Positions 51,590 to 64,000 of a stretch of DNA of 64,000 nt are shown piece after piece. Position 1 is the first letter of the stretch. Each line of letters begins with the position of its first letter. This stretch comes from Octopus sinensis (Eukaryota). The translations under genes were made by a program, and so were the position numbers. A model generated the notes under the pieces. That model saw nothing but the letters and a program-made list of their open reading frames with translations, was not told the origin of the DNA and ran no database searches. Where the stretch lies: contig NC_042998.1 in NCBI RefSeq assembly GCF_006345805.1, positions 144,770,001-144,834,000 on the forward strand. Direction: 5' to 3'.

Positions 51590-52658
51590 AATGCAGTTTA
51601 GGGTAGATAAATGAGCAGTGCTAATTAAGAAGAGACTGGAATGTATACTCTGATAGCATAACATTGCCACAAGACAACATCAGTAGATCACTGTGGAAAA
51701 ATGAGGAATAGAAATACCTAGGAGTGTTGCAAGATGATAGGATAATGAAAAGAAAAATGAGAAAGTCACTAAAGAGTACAAGAGGAGAATTAGGAAGGTG
51801 CTGAAACAAAATTAAATGGAGGTAAGATTATTAAAGTCATAAATACACGGGCTATGCCAGTATTAAAATACTCTGGTCCCTTTCTGAAATGGACAAAAAG
51901 TCAAGCTACAAAAAATGGATAGAAGAACAAATAGAACAGAACAAACAAATGGAAAGAAGTGGAATCACATGGCCAATTCATTCAACAAACCGAGAATGAA
52001 AAGGAATGCTGGCTCTGGTTGACAGATGGGTACTTGAAATGTTGATTTTAGTCATTCAGGAATAAGCCTTTAGAACAATATGATAAAGGCAAAGATCAAT
52101 AAAACTCAGTCAGACAGCAAATGTAGAATCAGCAGGAAAGGAGATGAAAGCATCAATCACCTTTCAAGTGAGTGTAGCATAGTTGCACAAAAGGAGTATA
52201 AGCTCAGAATTGACTGTGTAGGCAAAAGAGTGCATTTGGATGTTAGCTGAGTATGTGGCTTCAAAAATGTGATATGAACACTTTTCTGATATAGAAAATG
52301 AGAATTACAGGATCTTGTGCGACTTCCCTATAAAGACTGGCCATACTATTGAACCAAGAAGACTAGATATGATTATAGCGGACAAAGACAATGTAAGATC
52401 ATAGATTTTGAAATTCCTTTTGATAGTATAGTCAGTATTGGAAAACTTGAAAAATATCTGGATTAAACCAGTGACCTAAGGAGACTGTGGAAGTCCAAGA
52501 TAACACTTATTCCTGTGGGAATTAGTGCAATTGGCACAACACCCAAAATGCTACCTAAAAGACTGAAAAAGATTAGAATTGAAACATGCATTGTCGACCT
52601 GCAGATAAGTACCATCCTATATTCTTCAAGAATCCTAAGGAAGATTCTTGAGATTTGA
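51590..52658 (+). mobile_element. Degenerate restriction-like-endonuclease LINE (R4/Dong-like) 3' fragment
   Basis: KYLGVLQDD and KEYKRRIRKVLK, a degenerate CCHC knuckle (KCRIS..GDESINHLSSEC), and remnants of the RPD-type nuclease region ending RILRKILEI*. Confidence 0.75.
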
Positions 52659-52724
52659 GGAGGCTTGTCACCAAACCTCAAAACCTGCTAACTAAATTAG
52701 CATGCATTAGAAGAACAACAACAG

Positions 52725-53098
52725 TCCTTTCTACTAAAGGCACAAGGCCTGAAGTTTTATACCAGTACATAACTGGTACTTATTTCATCGACCCCAAAAG
52801 GATAAAAGGCGAAGTTGACCTCGGCAGAATTTGAACTCTGAACATAAAGACAGATGACATGCTGCTAAGCATTTTGCCTGGCGTACTAATGATTCTGTCA
52901 GCTTGCTGTCTTAATGATAATAATAATAATAATTTCTTTACTAACCACAAGGGGCTAAACACAGAGGGGACAAACAAGGACAGATAAACGGATTAAGTCG
53001 ATTACATCGATCCCAGTGTGTAACCCATACTTAATTTATCGACCCCGAAAGGATGAAAGACAAAGCCTCGGTGGAATTTGAACTCAGAACGTAAAAGC
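52725..53098 (-). mobile_element. Two adjacent SINE family A copies
   Basis: atcgacccc.aaagga and atttgaactc motifs occur twice, separated by (taa)n. Confidence 0.82.
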
Positions 53099-53302
53099 AG
53101 ACTCACGAAAAGAAATAAAAAGGTTCACCTTCCCCTACAAAAAAGAAATGGAAGCCTAAAGATGAGATAACAAATATAGAGCAGCAACACAAGTGTTGTA
53201 TTATTAGATACATCAGTGTGAGTATGCTATAATTACAAGTTGCAATGTAGACTTCTATGTATGAAAAAGAGTTGTGACAATTTAAGAAAATTATTCCATT
53301 AC

Positions 53303-53512
53303 CTGGTAATTCATAATTTTGTTGTAGGTCCCAGATTTTGAGTTATCGCTGCTGGAGAATGGAGTGACGCCATAAAGCATTTCATAGCCGCACACTCCCA
53401 ATGACCACCAGTCTACCTCAACACTGTATCGCTGCACACTACTAGCTGTGTTCATCTTTAGTAGTTCTGGTGCAACATAATCGGGAGTACCAACAGGTAT
53501 GTGTGAAGATAC
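53303..53512 (-). CDS. CIT: CIT exon: activation loop to subdomain X ([18 protein letters not shown]...[20 protein letters not shown]...TYNKIMNYQ)
   Basis: ttgtag|GTA acceptor, CAG|gtaatg donor; 210 nt, phase 0-0; GTPDYxAPE and DWWSLG motifs. Not present in the ORF track. Confidence 0.95.
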
Positions 53513-53729
53513 CTACAATCAAATATGAAGGGGAAAAGATTAAAAAAATGAACAAAAACAAATCAAATTACATTAAGTAAAAGTCAACACCATTGGTACT
53601 TTAGTAATTACTGTCTGTCAACCGTTATATTATCATCAACCCTTGAATTTCACTGTCTCAAGTCCTAAGCCTCAAAGGGATGGTTATGTAGATTCTGTTG
53701 TGTATGAGTGATTGATATAACCTTTCCTC

Positions 53730-53900
53730 TCAGCAGGACACCAGTCTTTTGCAGAGTAACACATCTGCTGCTTAGTGAACTGGAGCAATGTGAAATGAAG
53801 TGTTTTACTCAAGAATATAACACATCACTTGGTTCAGGAATTGAAACCATGATCTCGTAATCATGAGTGAAATACCCTAACCACTAGGCCACATGCCTTC
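53730..53900 (-). mobile_element. tRNA-derived SINE family D
   Basis: Reverse complement of the 63381 head; other partial copies near 10020 and 23905. Confidence 0.72.
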
Positions 53901-53984
53901 ACCTAACTTTTTACCAATATGTAAATAAACTGTATGATTAATATAGTCATCATCATCTGCACCATACCCAATATCACTATCATA

Positions 53985-54375
53985 ATCATGTCAGTGTCTG
54001 CTTTCCCATGCTTGCATGTATTAGGTGGAATTTGTTGAGGCAGATTTTCTACACTCAAATACTTTTATAGTCTTCAGCTGTTTCCAAGCAAGATAATATT
54101 TCTCCATGACCAGACATGCTTCCACAGAAAATTGGAAATGAACACCACCACTTGTATGACAGCAATGCTTGTTTACAACTACCATGTGATGTCAAGACAA
54201 GGGTACACACAGATACACACACACATCGGCTTCTTTCAGTTTACATCTACCAAATTCACCCACTCAGGTTCTGGTTAGCCAAGGGTTATAGTATAGCCTG
54301 AGACAACATGATGTCTTCTACTATTGAACCCAAACAACATGGTTAGAAGCAAGTTTCTAAATCACGCAGCCATAA
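53985..54375 (-). mobile_element. SINE family B
   Basis: Same modular structure. Confidence 0.72.
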
Positions 54376-55269
54376 CTGAACGTAAACTGACGTTGATGAT
54401 ATATGTATCCATAAAAAATATTTATAGAAAGGTTAAGGATTTGTATCTTTTCATCAATTTAAAAATTTAATATTAAAAAATTATAACATTTAACAGTTTA
54501 AGGACGAAGGATTTCAGTTTAAAGAAAAAGGCAAATTTTTGGATATTAGAAAACAAATAATGAAAGTTTTTTTCAATTATATTCCAAATAATGATTACAT
54601 TTAGTCTCAGGTGGTTTTATATTGATGTTTATTTGTGTAATGGCACCACATTTCATTTGTTCATTTATTATTATTATTATTGTTATTATTATTATTACTA
54701 TTATTATGTCACATCTTTATTAGCTTTATTGTTTGATATCACATTCTATTAACTTTAAAATTGGAATTTTCTTTTATATTATTTTTATTTCTTTTTATTT
54801 GAAAACTATAATGGATTGAATTTTTTTGAACTCAGATATTGCCATCACTCTGCAACTTGAAAAGGCATTCACGAAATAAATCATTTTAACGAAAAACTAA
54901 AAATAAAAAATTCAAAGTATCTAGATTAAATCTTGACTGGTTAACTCAGAGAACAAACAAACGTTACTGAGATTAATGTAAGCTATCAGTAGTGGGTGTT
55001 CTTGTTAATATCGGCATAAATTTTTAGATTATATACACAGATGTTATAGGTATTCCCAGCAGATATATTTATAAATGTACATAAATATTTTGCTATCCAA
55101 GGCAGGAGAGTTTGGCTTTCTCTTATCAGTCACATTTATCATGCTGCATCTAAAATGCTAGATATTAACAACCAGTAAAATGTGCATTTGTTCAGCTCTA
55201 TTTATATAAGAAATTGACAGTAATCATTTAGATGGTAGGTGTAAAATTCACAAGAAATAATAACAACAA

Positions 55270-56160
55270 CAAACTTAAGGTTTCTGACTTAGCTCAAGGC
55301 CAATAAATTTGAAAAGTGGGGTTAATCGATAGAATCGATTCCAGAATTTGACAGGTACTATATTTTATTGACCACTCTAAAAGGATGAAATTGACCATGG
55401 TAGAGTTTGAGTTCAGAGTGTATGAAGCTGAAAGAAATACTACAAAGTAATTTTTCTGATACTCTAATGATTCTGCCAGCTCATCAATAATAATGATTTC
55501 AAATTTTGGTACAAGGCCAGCAATTCTGGGGGAGGGGGTAAGTCGATTACATCCCCACCCCAGTGTTTATATGGTCATCATCATCATCATCATTTAATGT
55601 CTGTTGTCCATACTGGCATAGGTTGGATGGTTTGACTGGGCTGGCATGCTGCACCAGACTCCAGTCTGATTTGGCATGGTTTTCTACAGCTCTTCCTAAT
55701 GCCAACCACTATGAGAGTGTAGCACGGTGCCATTTGTGTGACACTGGGGTGCTTTTATGTGCCACTGCTATCTATAACTGTGCCTGGCTTGATGGGTCTT
55801 CTTCTCAAGCACGACAATGCCAAAGGTCTCAGTCAGTGCCTCCATGGTACTTATTTTTATCAACCCTAGAAGGACGAAAGGCAAAGTCGACCACAGTGGA
55901 ATTTGAACTCAGAACATAAAGACAGATGAAATGCCACTAAGCATTTTGCCTGGTGTGCTAACGATTCTGCTACCTTAATAATATTAACCCTTTCTACTAT
56001 AAGAAGAAGGTCAGATCACTTCCTTAATTATTTCAAATTTTGGCACAAGGCCAGCAATTTTAGGAGCCACTTGAGTATATTAACCCCAGCACTTGACTAG
56101 TGCTTTCTTTTATTGACCTTGAAAGTAGACCTCAGTGGAATTCAAACTCAGAACATAATG
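55270..56160 (-). mobile_element. SINE family A cluster, one copy split by a (CAT)n-tailed SINE (~55562..55845)
   Basis: The A consensus resumes (tggtacttattt) after the inserted segment. Confidence 0.75.
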
Positions 56161-57455
56161 TGCTAGCACAAGAAGGATAGTTTGACAGGATCCAATGAGC
56201 TCTAATGTATGTTTTGGCATGGTTTCTATAGCTCGATATCCTTCCTAATGCCAACTCTATCAAATTCACTTGCAAGGCTTTGTTTGACCCCTGGCTATTG
56301 TAAAAGACAACTGCCCAAGATATCATACTGTGGACTGAACTCAAAACCTTATCTGCCTTCCATATTGGCATGAGTTGGATGGCTTGATAGGAGTGGTTCA
56401 AGTAGAAGACTACACCAGGCTACTGTCTGTTTTGGCATGGTTTTTACAGCTGAATTCCTTCTTAACATCTAACATAAAAGTATTTAAAAACATTGAAATG
56501 AATCCTAATGTATTTAGGGTGACAGTGTGTGTATTTCTAACTGTATAGAATCCAGATTCAGTTTAAATTTTATCAATAATCATTGAGCAATGACATGGTA
56601 CAAAGTTGTGGAACTATAGGGTGCTAAATGACTTATGGTATTCAAGTTCCATCTTTTAAAATTCCAAGTTGAAATCTCATCAAATTTAATTTCGTATTTC
56701 ATCTACTGGATACTTTTAATCTTATCATTTTAATATTCATTTTTCCATGCTTGCATGGGTCAGACAGAATTTGTTGAGGTAAGTTTTCTATGTCACCAAC
56801 TATTGCTTGTTTCTAAGCAAGGTAATATTTCCCCTGTGGCCAGACATATTTTTCACAGAAGACTGAAAACAAATAACATTACTTGTATGACAGTGCTGTC
56901 TGTTTGCAATCATTATTTGATATCAAGACAAGGGTGCACTTATGACAGGCTTTTTTCAGTTTCTGTCTACCAAATTCACTGTGAAGCAAGCTTCTTAATC
57001 ACACCAAATTATTTGGTAAATATACTATCTACATACCATTTTTGATTGAATCAGTCATAATCATTCTTTTAGTACTCCATGGAGATAGAGCAACCAAATA
57101 GGTAGCCTGTTTTATTTCAATACTACTGCACACACACAACCATTACCCAAACCTTCTGTCTCCACTCAACCTTTCTCATATCATACCCATTACCACCATT
57201 TTCCCAACCATGTGGATGTAGGTTCACTGCACAGCACCTTAGGTGACTATCTTCTACTATAGTCCTGAATAGACCAAAGCCTTGTGAGTGGATTTGGTTG
57301 ACAGAAACTGAAAAAAGCTGCTCATCAAACACACACATATACAGGGGTTGGACAAAATAATGGAAACACTTAGCATCATAATTTTGAAATATCTATAAAA
57401 CCATCAAAAGCTTGTTTATTTTTATGTTTTTTGATTTATTATTCGTGTTGCTTAA

Positions 57456-57676
57456 CCCGTTAGTGTTCACATTATTCTGCCAAAATTAATGCTTCTTTAT
57501 CCACATTGTTTTGAACTAATCATGCATTATCTTGTAGCTTTGAGATCTTGATGAGGTAGCTGTTAATTTTTAAAGCGATATTGTAGGGTTGGTGTGAGAG
57601 ACCAGATCTGGCCAGTTTGAACATAAAACAGGCAGAATACTTTTGGCCGGATATGGCAGGTTTAAATGCTAAAGGT
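57456..57676 (-). mobile_element. piggyBac-type MITE (family 2) nested in the Tc1 element
   Basis: TTAA on both sides; reverse complement of the copies at 37156 and 50002. Confidence 0.8.
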
Positions 57677-57736
57677 TTAATATGCTTTGTTAAAATTGCT
57701 GTTTCTTTTCAGATATCATCAGAAAAAGGTAATTAA

Positions 57737-58706
57737 AATGACACATCTATCCGACTTTCAAAGAGGTCAAATTGTTGGTGCTCATATGGCAGGCACTAGC
57801 ATAACGAAAACAGCTGAAATGTTTGGTGTATCAAGAAAGAAAAACCTCCTCGTTGAAACAAAACGTTCAGGTAGGGACCGTCAGGCTCTTACACGAATCG
57901 TTAGAAAGGATCACAAAAGTACAACTCCCAAATTTACTGCAGAGCTTAATGACTACCTTGAGAACCCACTTTCCACAAAAACTGTTCACACAAAGCTGGA
58001 TTTTACGGGAGGGCTGCAATCAGAAAACCACTACTTTCAAAACCAAATGTTGCAAAGCATTTAGAGTGGAGTAAAAACCTACAGAATTGGTCCTTAGAGC
58101 AGTGGAAGAATGTTATTTTCTTGGACAAGTCATGCTTTACCTTATTTCCAACCAACGGCCGAGTATACATGTGGAGACAGCCAAAAAAAGCATTTGATCC
58201 AGACTGCCTTCTTCCAACTGTTAAACATGGAGGGGAATCGGTGATGATCGGGGGGTGGGGGGACACTATACCTTAGAAATCTGTTGGCCCAATGGTTTCC
58301 CTTCATGGCAGAATTGTCAAGACTATTTAAACATTTTATCTGATCAAATTCATCCTATGGTTGCAGAACCGTTTCAGGAAGGAAACACAATCTTTCAGGA
58401 TGATAATGCACCAATTCACACAGCTAAAGTTGTTACTGAATGGCACAAGGAACATTCTAGAAAAGTTGAACATCTTATCTGGCTACCACAGTCCTCAGAT
58501 CTCAATATTATTGAATATTTATGGTGCATTTTAGAAAAGCAAATAAGGAGTTGATATCCTCCACCATAAGCACTACAAGAACTGGAGACTGTTTTAGCTT
58601 AAGAATGGACAAAAATTCCTTTGGAAACAATTCAAACTTTGTACAAGTCCATAGCTTGTAAAAGTTAAGCTGTAATTACTGCCAAAGGCAGTCCTACTCC
58701 ATATTA
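57737..58706 (+). pseudogene. Disrupted Tc1-like transposase
   Basis: Starts MTHLSDFQRGQIVGAHMAG (paired-like HTH); several frameshifts and stops; end approximate. Confidence 0.8.
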
Positions 58707-59504
58707 AAATAAATTTGTTTGAAATTTTAAGGTGTTTCTATTATTTTGTCCAACCTCTGTATATCATAATCATTTCACATGTTTCACGTTGGCATATGTT
58801 GGACAGTTTGAGAGGGTTTGATGAGCCACATAACTACATCAAGCTCCTATGTCAGCTTTGGCATGGTTTCTAAAGCTGGATGCCCTTCTTAATACCAAAC
58901 CACTTTTACAAGGTGTACTAGATGCTTTTTTTTTGTGACACCACCACTTTTAAGGTCATCAAATAACTTGCATACAAGAAAAAAGTCCCCTTGATTGAGT
59001 GGGAAGGATTGAGAGAAGGAGGTGACTATACCAGGTGTTGGGGAGGCTAAACTATGATAGAAGGACAAGCACAAGTGTCATACTATAGAGAAGATATATA
59101 ACCACCCCACATATGAGGGTAAATAGGAGTAGCTAGAAAGCAGATAGAGAGGGTGGTAATAGTATGTCAAGTCATCTCAAGACACAAGAAAGTGAGTACG
59201 AGAACAAGAGAGGAGAGGGTGTGTAATTCCACAAGTGTCAGAAGAGAGTAAGATGGTTAAAGATGAGAGGAGAGGTGAATGTCGTGATGAACAAGGGTGG
59301 AAGTGTAGTTAATGAGAAATATCAGAATGGAGGGGAGTAAAATGAGGTGAGAGAGATGTGTTTCAGGAAGGAGGATAGATGAAAAAGTAGGAGGATGGTG
59401 TGCAAGGTGATGTACAGTGACATAGATGGAGGTTAGAGGTGCATCATGGTGGCTATAGAATGTAGTAGAGGTGGGACATTTGGAAAAAAGTGGTAATGAC
59501 CAAC

Positions 59505-60360
59505 ATTCTCCAACTGTTCCACTGCTCCTCATCAATTGCACTCCACTACTACATTCACCAACTACATCATTAGTCTTCCTTCATGTCGACTATTGCTCTC
59601 CCCCACCACTGCTGACCTTCATTAACTGCACCACCTCCATACACTAACTGTATCATCATTTACCAACCACTGTACCAGCTGTATGTCTATTCTCCCTCAA
59701 CTGCACCACTTCACCTCCACCATTTTATTACCATTCATCATTCTTTCCTCAACTGCACAACCATTTTTCACAAATGGTACTGCCCAGACTACATCAGCAT
59801 TATTCCTGAAATGTATCACCATCATTTTATCATTAGAAAACGCATCATCACAGATCAACTGCATCAGTACCACAGAGAATCCACTATGTAGTTGCTTGCT
59901 CTATTAGAAATAGCAAGCAAATCTTCCTCAATCACACTCCACCATCTCCAAAATATACAACATTGGATAATGTGGTCCCGAGTTCCCAGCACAAAGGAAA
60001 AAAAATGGGATGGTCACAGCTGGAATGACATCAGTTATCAGTCTGCACAATCAGGGCTGAACTGAGGGTAAACAATAGCAACAATAGCCATCTGCACCGT
60101 CACCTTTCACTAACTGTACCACTATCATCACTTCCAGTATTCTTCACTAACTGCACCAACATCATCGCTCACCAACTGCACTCTCACTCTTCCCCAATTG
60201 CAACACCACCATATTTACCAACTGCATCGTCACTTTCCACTCTCTGCACTACCATACTTTGCACCACCACCTTTTCTGCTTGGCACCACCATTTTTCAGT
60301 AACTGCATCACTATTCTTCCCTTCTTCACAACCCCCTACACAACTACCTTCACCCCACTT
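59505..60360. repeat. Degenerate C/A-rich minisatellite with recurrent (c/t)aactgcacca motif
   Basis: More than 10 imperfect motif copies at irregular spacing. Confidence 0.6.
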
Positions 60361-60410
60361 TATTGAGCATCTAAAAAAAAAAAAAAAAAAATAAATAAAT
60401 AAAGACATAC

Positions 60411-60504
60411 CAAATTTTTGGATGACATTTTTGCAGCAGAGCCAAAATCAGCAAGTCTGATGTGTCCATTTCTATCAAGCAATACATTCTCTGGTTTAAT
60501 ATCT
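60411..60504 (-). CDS. CIT: CIT exon: kinase catalytic loop and DFG ((R)[31 protein letters not shown])
   Basis: Acceptor atgcag|A, donor TTG|gtatgt; RDIKPEN and DFGSAAKM motifs typical of CIT. Confidence 0.95.
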
Positions 60505-60852
60505 CTGCATTGGAAGGAGGAAGGAAAAATCAATAGAAAGAAATCAGCAGAAAGTAGCAATAAAACATTAGTATGGCATGAGTAAGAGAAAATGCTTTGA
60601 TATAAATGACAGCCAGTCAGAATATAGCTGTCACTCTTGCTCAAAATTTTTAGCCATTAAAAATAAAAATAATAATGAAAATAAGTGGTTATAGACTTTT
60701 AAGGTTAACTACTACTTTTGGAAGAATTTCAATAGTAAATGGCTTGAAGTATCATTCACCCTGAAAACAAAACAACCTTCGAAAGTAAGTTCTTTAGATT
60801 TAAAAAAATAGAAGTTATAATTTTATTCATGAGTGCCTGTGTTCATTTAAAT

Positions 60853-61142
60853 CAGGGGTTTGGAAAGCTTATATCATTGACCTCCTCATGGAATCCTAGA
60901 TAAAATATTGACCCCATCATGTAAATTTCTAAAATAAAAAGTATAATTAATAAAAAATAAAATTTTTGATTTAAAAATAATTCCTTTGGTCTTTAGTGTC
61001 AATATTGCATTTTTAATAAGAAATATTAAAAAAAAATTAATGAAAATAATGAAATTGATAAAGAGCAATAAAATTCAGTCACTTTATATTGACCTTAGAT
61101 AGCCCCACAAGGGGTCGATATTGTCCACTTTGTCGATCCCTG
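60853..61142. mobile_element. hAT-type MITE (290 bp)
   Basis: caggggtttggaaag / ctttgtcgatccctg termini; perfect 8-bp TSD ATTTAAAT on both sides. Confidence 0.8.
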
Positions 61143-61266
61143 ATTTAAATGAACCTTTCAAAGTAACTGTTCTTTTCTGCTTTCTAACTTAAATCTCAAA
61201 GGAGTTCAGTGAACACAAGTGGCTCGAAAACAAGACATTAACCACTTCAAGCTTTGATTATAATGA

Positions 61267-61755
61267 AATCATCATCATCATTTTAACATCTACTTTTCCA
61301 GCCAGTATAGGTTAGATGGAATTCACTGAGGCAGCTTTTTAATAGCTGGATGCCTTTCCTATTACCAACCTCATTTGTTTCCAAGCAAGGTAACATTTCC
61401 TCATGGCCATATATATTCTTCACAGAAGACTGGAAACAAATGAGACTGCTAGTATGTTGGTGATGCTCATTTACAACTATCATGTGATGTCAAGATAAAG
61501 GGGAACACACCTCCAGAAACATGCATATATGTATACCTCACTCTGTGTATCTGTGTGTACTTTGTGCATGTGAAAATGTATATTACATATACAAATACAT
61601 ATACATACACTTACAGCAGCTTCTTTCCCATCTTCCAAATCCACTCACAAGGCTGGCCCAGGGCTGTTGTACAAGACAGCCCAAGGTGCTGTACAGCAGG
61701 GATTGAACCCAAAAGCATATGGTTGGGTAACAAGCTTCTTAACCACATAACCAAG
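61267..61755 (-). mobile_element. SINE family B, full length
   Basis: catcatcatcat tail, middle domain and head. Confidence 0.75.
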
Positions 61756-62654
61756 CAAATGAAATGCTTGCTAATAATGAATCACAAGAATTTTGTGACT
61801 TTAACCTTTCTTACAATACTTTATTGGCTTCTGTATTTAATTGTCTTGGAAATATCTTATCTTGACAATTGTTATTAACTTTTGGCTTACCCATTTAGTA
61901 ATATAACACCTAATTTGAGTAATGTTTTTTTATCATATGTATTTTTTCCCTTTCAAAATGACACATATACAATTTGTTAACTGACTGACAAACAAATTTG
62001 ACAGCACATTTGATAGGCTTTCTCATTCAGAATGTACAAAATACTGAAAAAAATGTATATTTTACCATAACTGCACACAAACCTTACTATTTCTGATGCC
62101 AGCAATAGTGGAAATGAAACCACGAAATGAATTTCAACTAGATGTAAACAAATACAGTAATAAATGTTTAATGTGTTAACAAGATCAACTAATGTTAGGG
62201 TCAACAATAAAATTAGATCTTATTTAAAATCATGGTTGCTGTCAATAAATATAAGTAAAGTCTATCTAAAAAGATCTTAAATCTATAAGCCCACTAGGTC
62301 AAAGCTTGTCCTGGTTTCCATGGTGTTTAAGTAACTGTGAATAGAGTACTCACAGAATGCAACACTAATCCATTGCAGAATTAAGCACTTATTTTCATCT
62401 TTCTGATGCAACAGCAAATTCCTATAAGGCATGGTAAATTTACTAATGAAATTAAATTTCACAGATATCATCATCATTGTTTTAATGTTTACTTTTATGT
62501 GCTTGCATTTTCTGTGGTCCCTCTTTTCTATGGAGAGGTAATAAGGAGCAACAATTGCATCTTTTTAAATGTTCTACTCCTTAAAAAAGTTTTTTTTCGT
62601 TTCAATTTTTATTGTGTGTGAATCATCTGGTAATATTAGTGGTCAGAAATTAAG

Positions 62655-62865
62655 GAGGTAAGCTGGCAGAACTGTTAGCATACTGGGCAAAATACTTAGT
62701 GGCATTTTGTCTGTCTTTATGTTTTCAGTTCAAATTCTACTGAGGTCGATTTTGCTTTTCATCCTTTCAGGGTTGATAAAATATGTACTTGTTGAGCACT
62801 GGGGTCGATGTAATCAACTTACCCACTTCCATGAAATTGCTGGCCTTGCGCCAAAATTTGAAGTC
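62655..62865 (+). mobile_element. tRNA-related SINE family A, near full length
   Basis: Head aggtaagctggcagaa, B-box-like ttcagttcaaattc, body ggggtcgat...ggccttgcgccaaaatttgaa. Confidence 0.8.
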
Positions 62866-63380
62866 AGTATTAGTGGTCAGAATGTTTTGACATTCCATAT
62901 TATATTGACAAAATGATTACTTCTACTGACTATCAACCAATCACCGCAACTCATTGTGGTGAATTTAATGAAGCAAGGCAGGTGTTGAAAAAGTGTTAGT
63001 AAAGCAGCAATATTTAAAAAATATGAGAACTACTGAGTTACTTTTCTTTTTTATATATTTTACTCAGTAGGGGAGTAGTGTCCATGACCATTACAGGACC
63101 TCTGAGACTGTGGTGAGGGAGGAAGCATCCAAAAGCTAAAAGTTTGGCCTGAATGCTTGCAACAGAGTGGACTCTCCTAAAGGTATCCAAGGCGCTAAGT
63201 GGGGTGTTAAAACTGAGTGACAGGTTAAGCCTATTACTGAAGTAAGCCATGACTGGATTTGAACACAGAATGAAAGGGTCAGAACAAAAACAGGCATCTG
63301 GTTCAACTTTCTTACAGTCATACTAATCCACTACCTTGGATTGGTACATTTTTATCAACTCTAAAACAATGAAAAGTGAA

Positions 63381-63585
63381 GGCACATGGCCTAGTGGTTA
63401 GGGTGTTGTATCCATAATCGTAAAACCATAGTTTCAATTCCCTGACTAGACAGTACATTTTGTTCTTGAGCAAAACAATTGCTCCAGTTCACTCAGTTGA
63501 AAATGAGTAACCATGCAATGGACTAGTATCCAGTTCAGGGGGAATATTGTGATCTTGGTCACTTATATGCCATAGAAACTGGCTA
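63381..63585 (+). mobile_element. tRNA-derived SINE family D
   Basis: A-box TGGCCTAGTGG and B-box GTTTCAATTCC, followed by ttgagcaaaac...gctccagttcactcag. Confidence 0.75.
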
Positions 63586-64000
63586 ACCAGCTTGATGATT
63601 GTTATAACTGAAGACAGAACTAACATTCACTCTAAAAAGAGGACAGGCAAAGTTGACCTTGGTGAAATTTGATTTCAGAGAGCAGAGAACAAGAACTTAA
63701 ACACTATATTTCACTAAAACCAACAAAAAAAGAAATGTTTGGGTTTGGGTTTAGTCAAGGAATGGTTATGTGGATGACTTGCAAGTCTATACAAGAAAGA
63801 CAGCCTGTACTAAAAGAAATGTTAAATTTCAAAAGAGATTTAGCTGCCAAAACAACTTATAAATAATTCCTATTGCTGACATTTATTTATTTTAGTTCTA
63901 ACAATGGCATTGTTAGTGCTTACAGTCAGTTGAATGTTGTTGTTTAGCCTCTAGTCAGCACTAATCAAGTAGCCCTATAAACAAAGGCATTCCAGATATG

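Larger units (their letters stand above)
57342..58759 (+). mobile_element. Tc1/mariner-superfamily DNA transposon with DD36E spacing, frameshifted transposase and a nested MITE
   Basis: TIRs caggggttggacaaaataatggaaacac / gtgtttctattattttgtccaacctctg, TA on both sides; ORF pieces 57687..58064, ..., 58255..58554 with FQDDNAPIH and SDLNIIEYLW. Confidence 0.92.
1270..60504 (-). other. CIT: Partial span of citron Rho-interacting kinase-like gene (11 coding exons in window; both ends outside)
   Basis: Manually spliced exons join in phase (94+210+151+178+283+128+163+126+87+75+105 = 1600 nt). The protein resembles, from recall, vertebrate CIT across kinase subdomains VIb-XI, the AGC tail and the start of the coiled coil. 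Confidence 0.9.

Noticed and set aside
62348-62428. Exon-like segment (ttatag|G...TTCT|gtgagt) encoding NLLLHQKDENKCLILQWISVAF
   Set aside because: It ends in phase 1, but the next exon needs phase 2, and it lacks the expected ...H.H-R kinase sequence. The true upstream exon is probably outside the window.
63381-63460. tRNA-like A and B boxes
   Set aside because: No complete cloverleaf; it continues into a repeated SINE body, so it is not a tRNA gene.

Overview
AT-rich animal genomic DNA. The repeat content (tRNA-headed SINEs with (CAT)n/(ATG)n tails, RTE LINEs) looks like that of an octopus or other coleoid cephalopod; this is an inference. The whole window lies inside one minus-strand gene, a citron Rho-interacting kinase (CIT/sticky) homologue. 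I could reconstruct 11 coding exons (60504 down to 1270; 1600 nt) with GT-AG boundaries and consistent phases. They encode the C-terminal half of the AGC kinase domain, the AGC C-tail (DLPFVGFSY) and the first part of the coiled coil; the gene start and end lie outside the window. The introns are filled with transposable elements: RTE LINE copies, an RLE-type (R4/Dong-like) LINE relic, a Tc1-type element with DD36E spacing, a deleted mariner nested in a hAT-type MITE, a deleted piggyBac and two piggyBac-type MITE families, at least three SINE families, foldback elements and microsatellites. Nearly all ORFs in the supplied track are spurious. I found no clearly new multi-gene system. The most notable leads are a PHD-like finger inside an RTE reverse transcriptase, the DD36E transposon, a ~400-bp intronic palindrome and a CxxC exon interrupting the CIT coiled coil. 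SINE boundaries are approximate.
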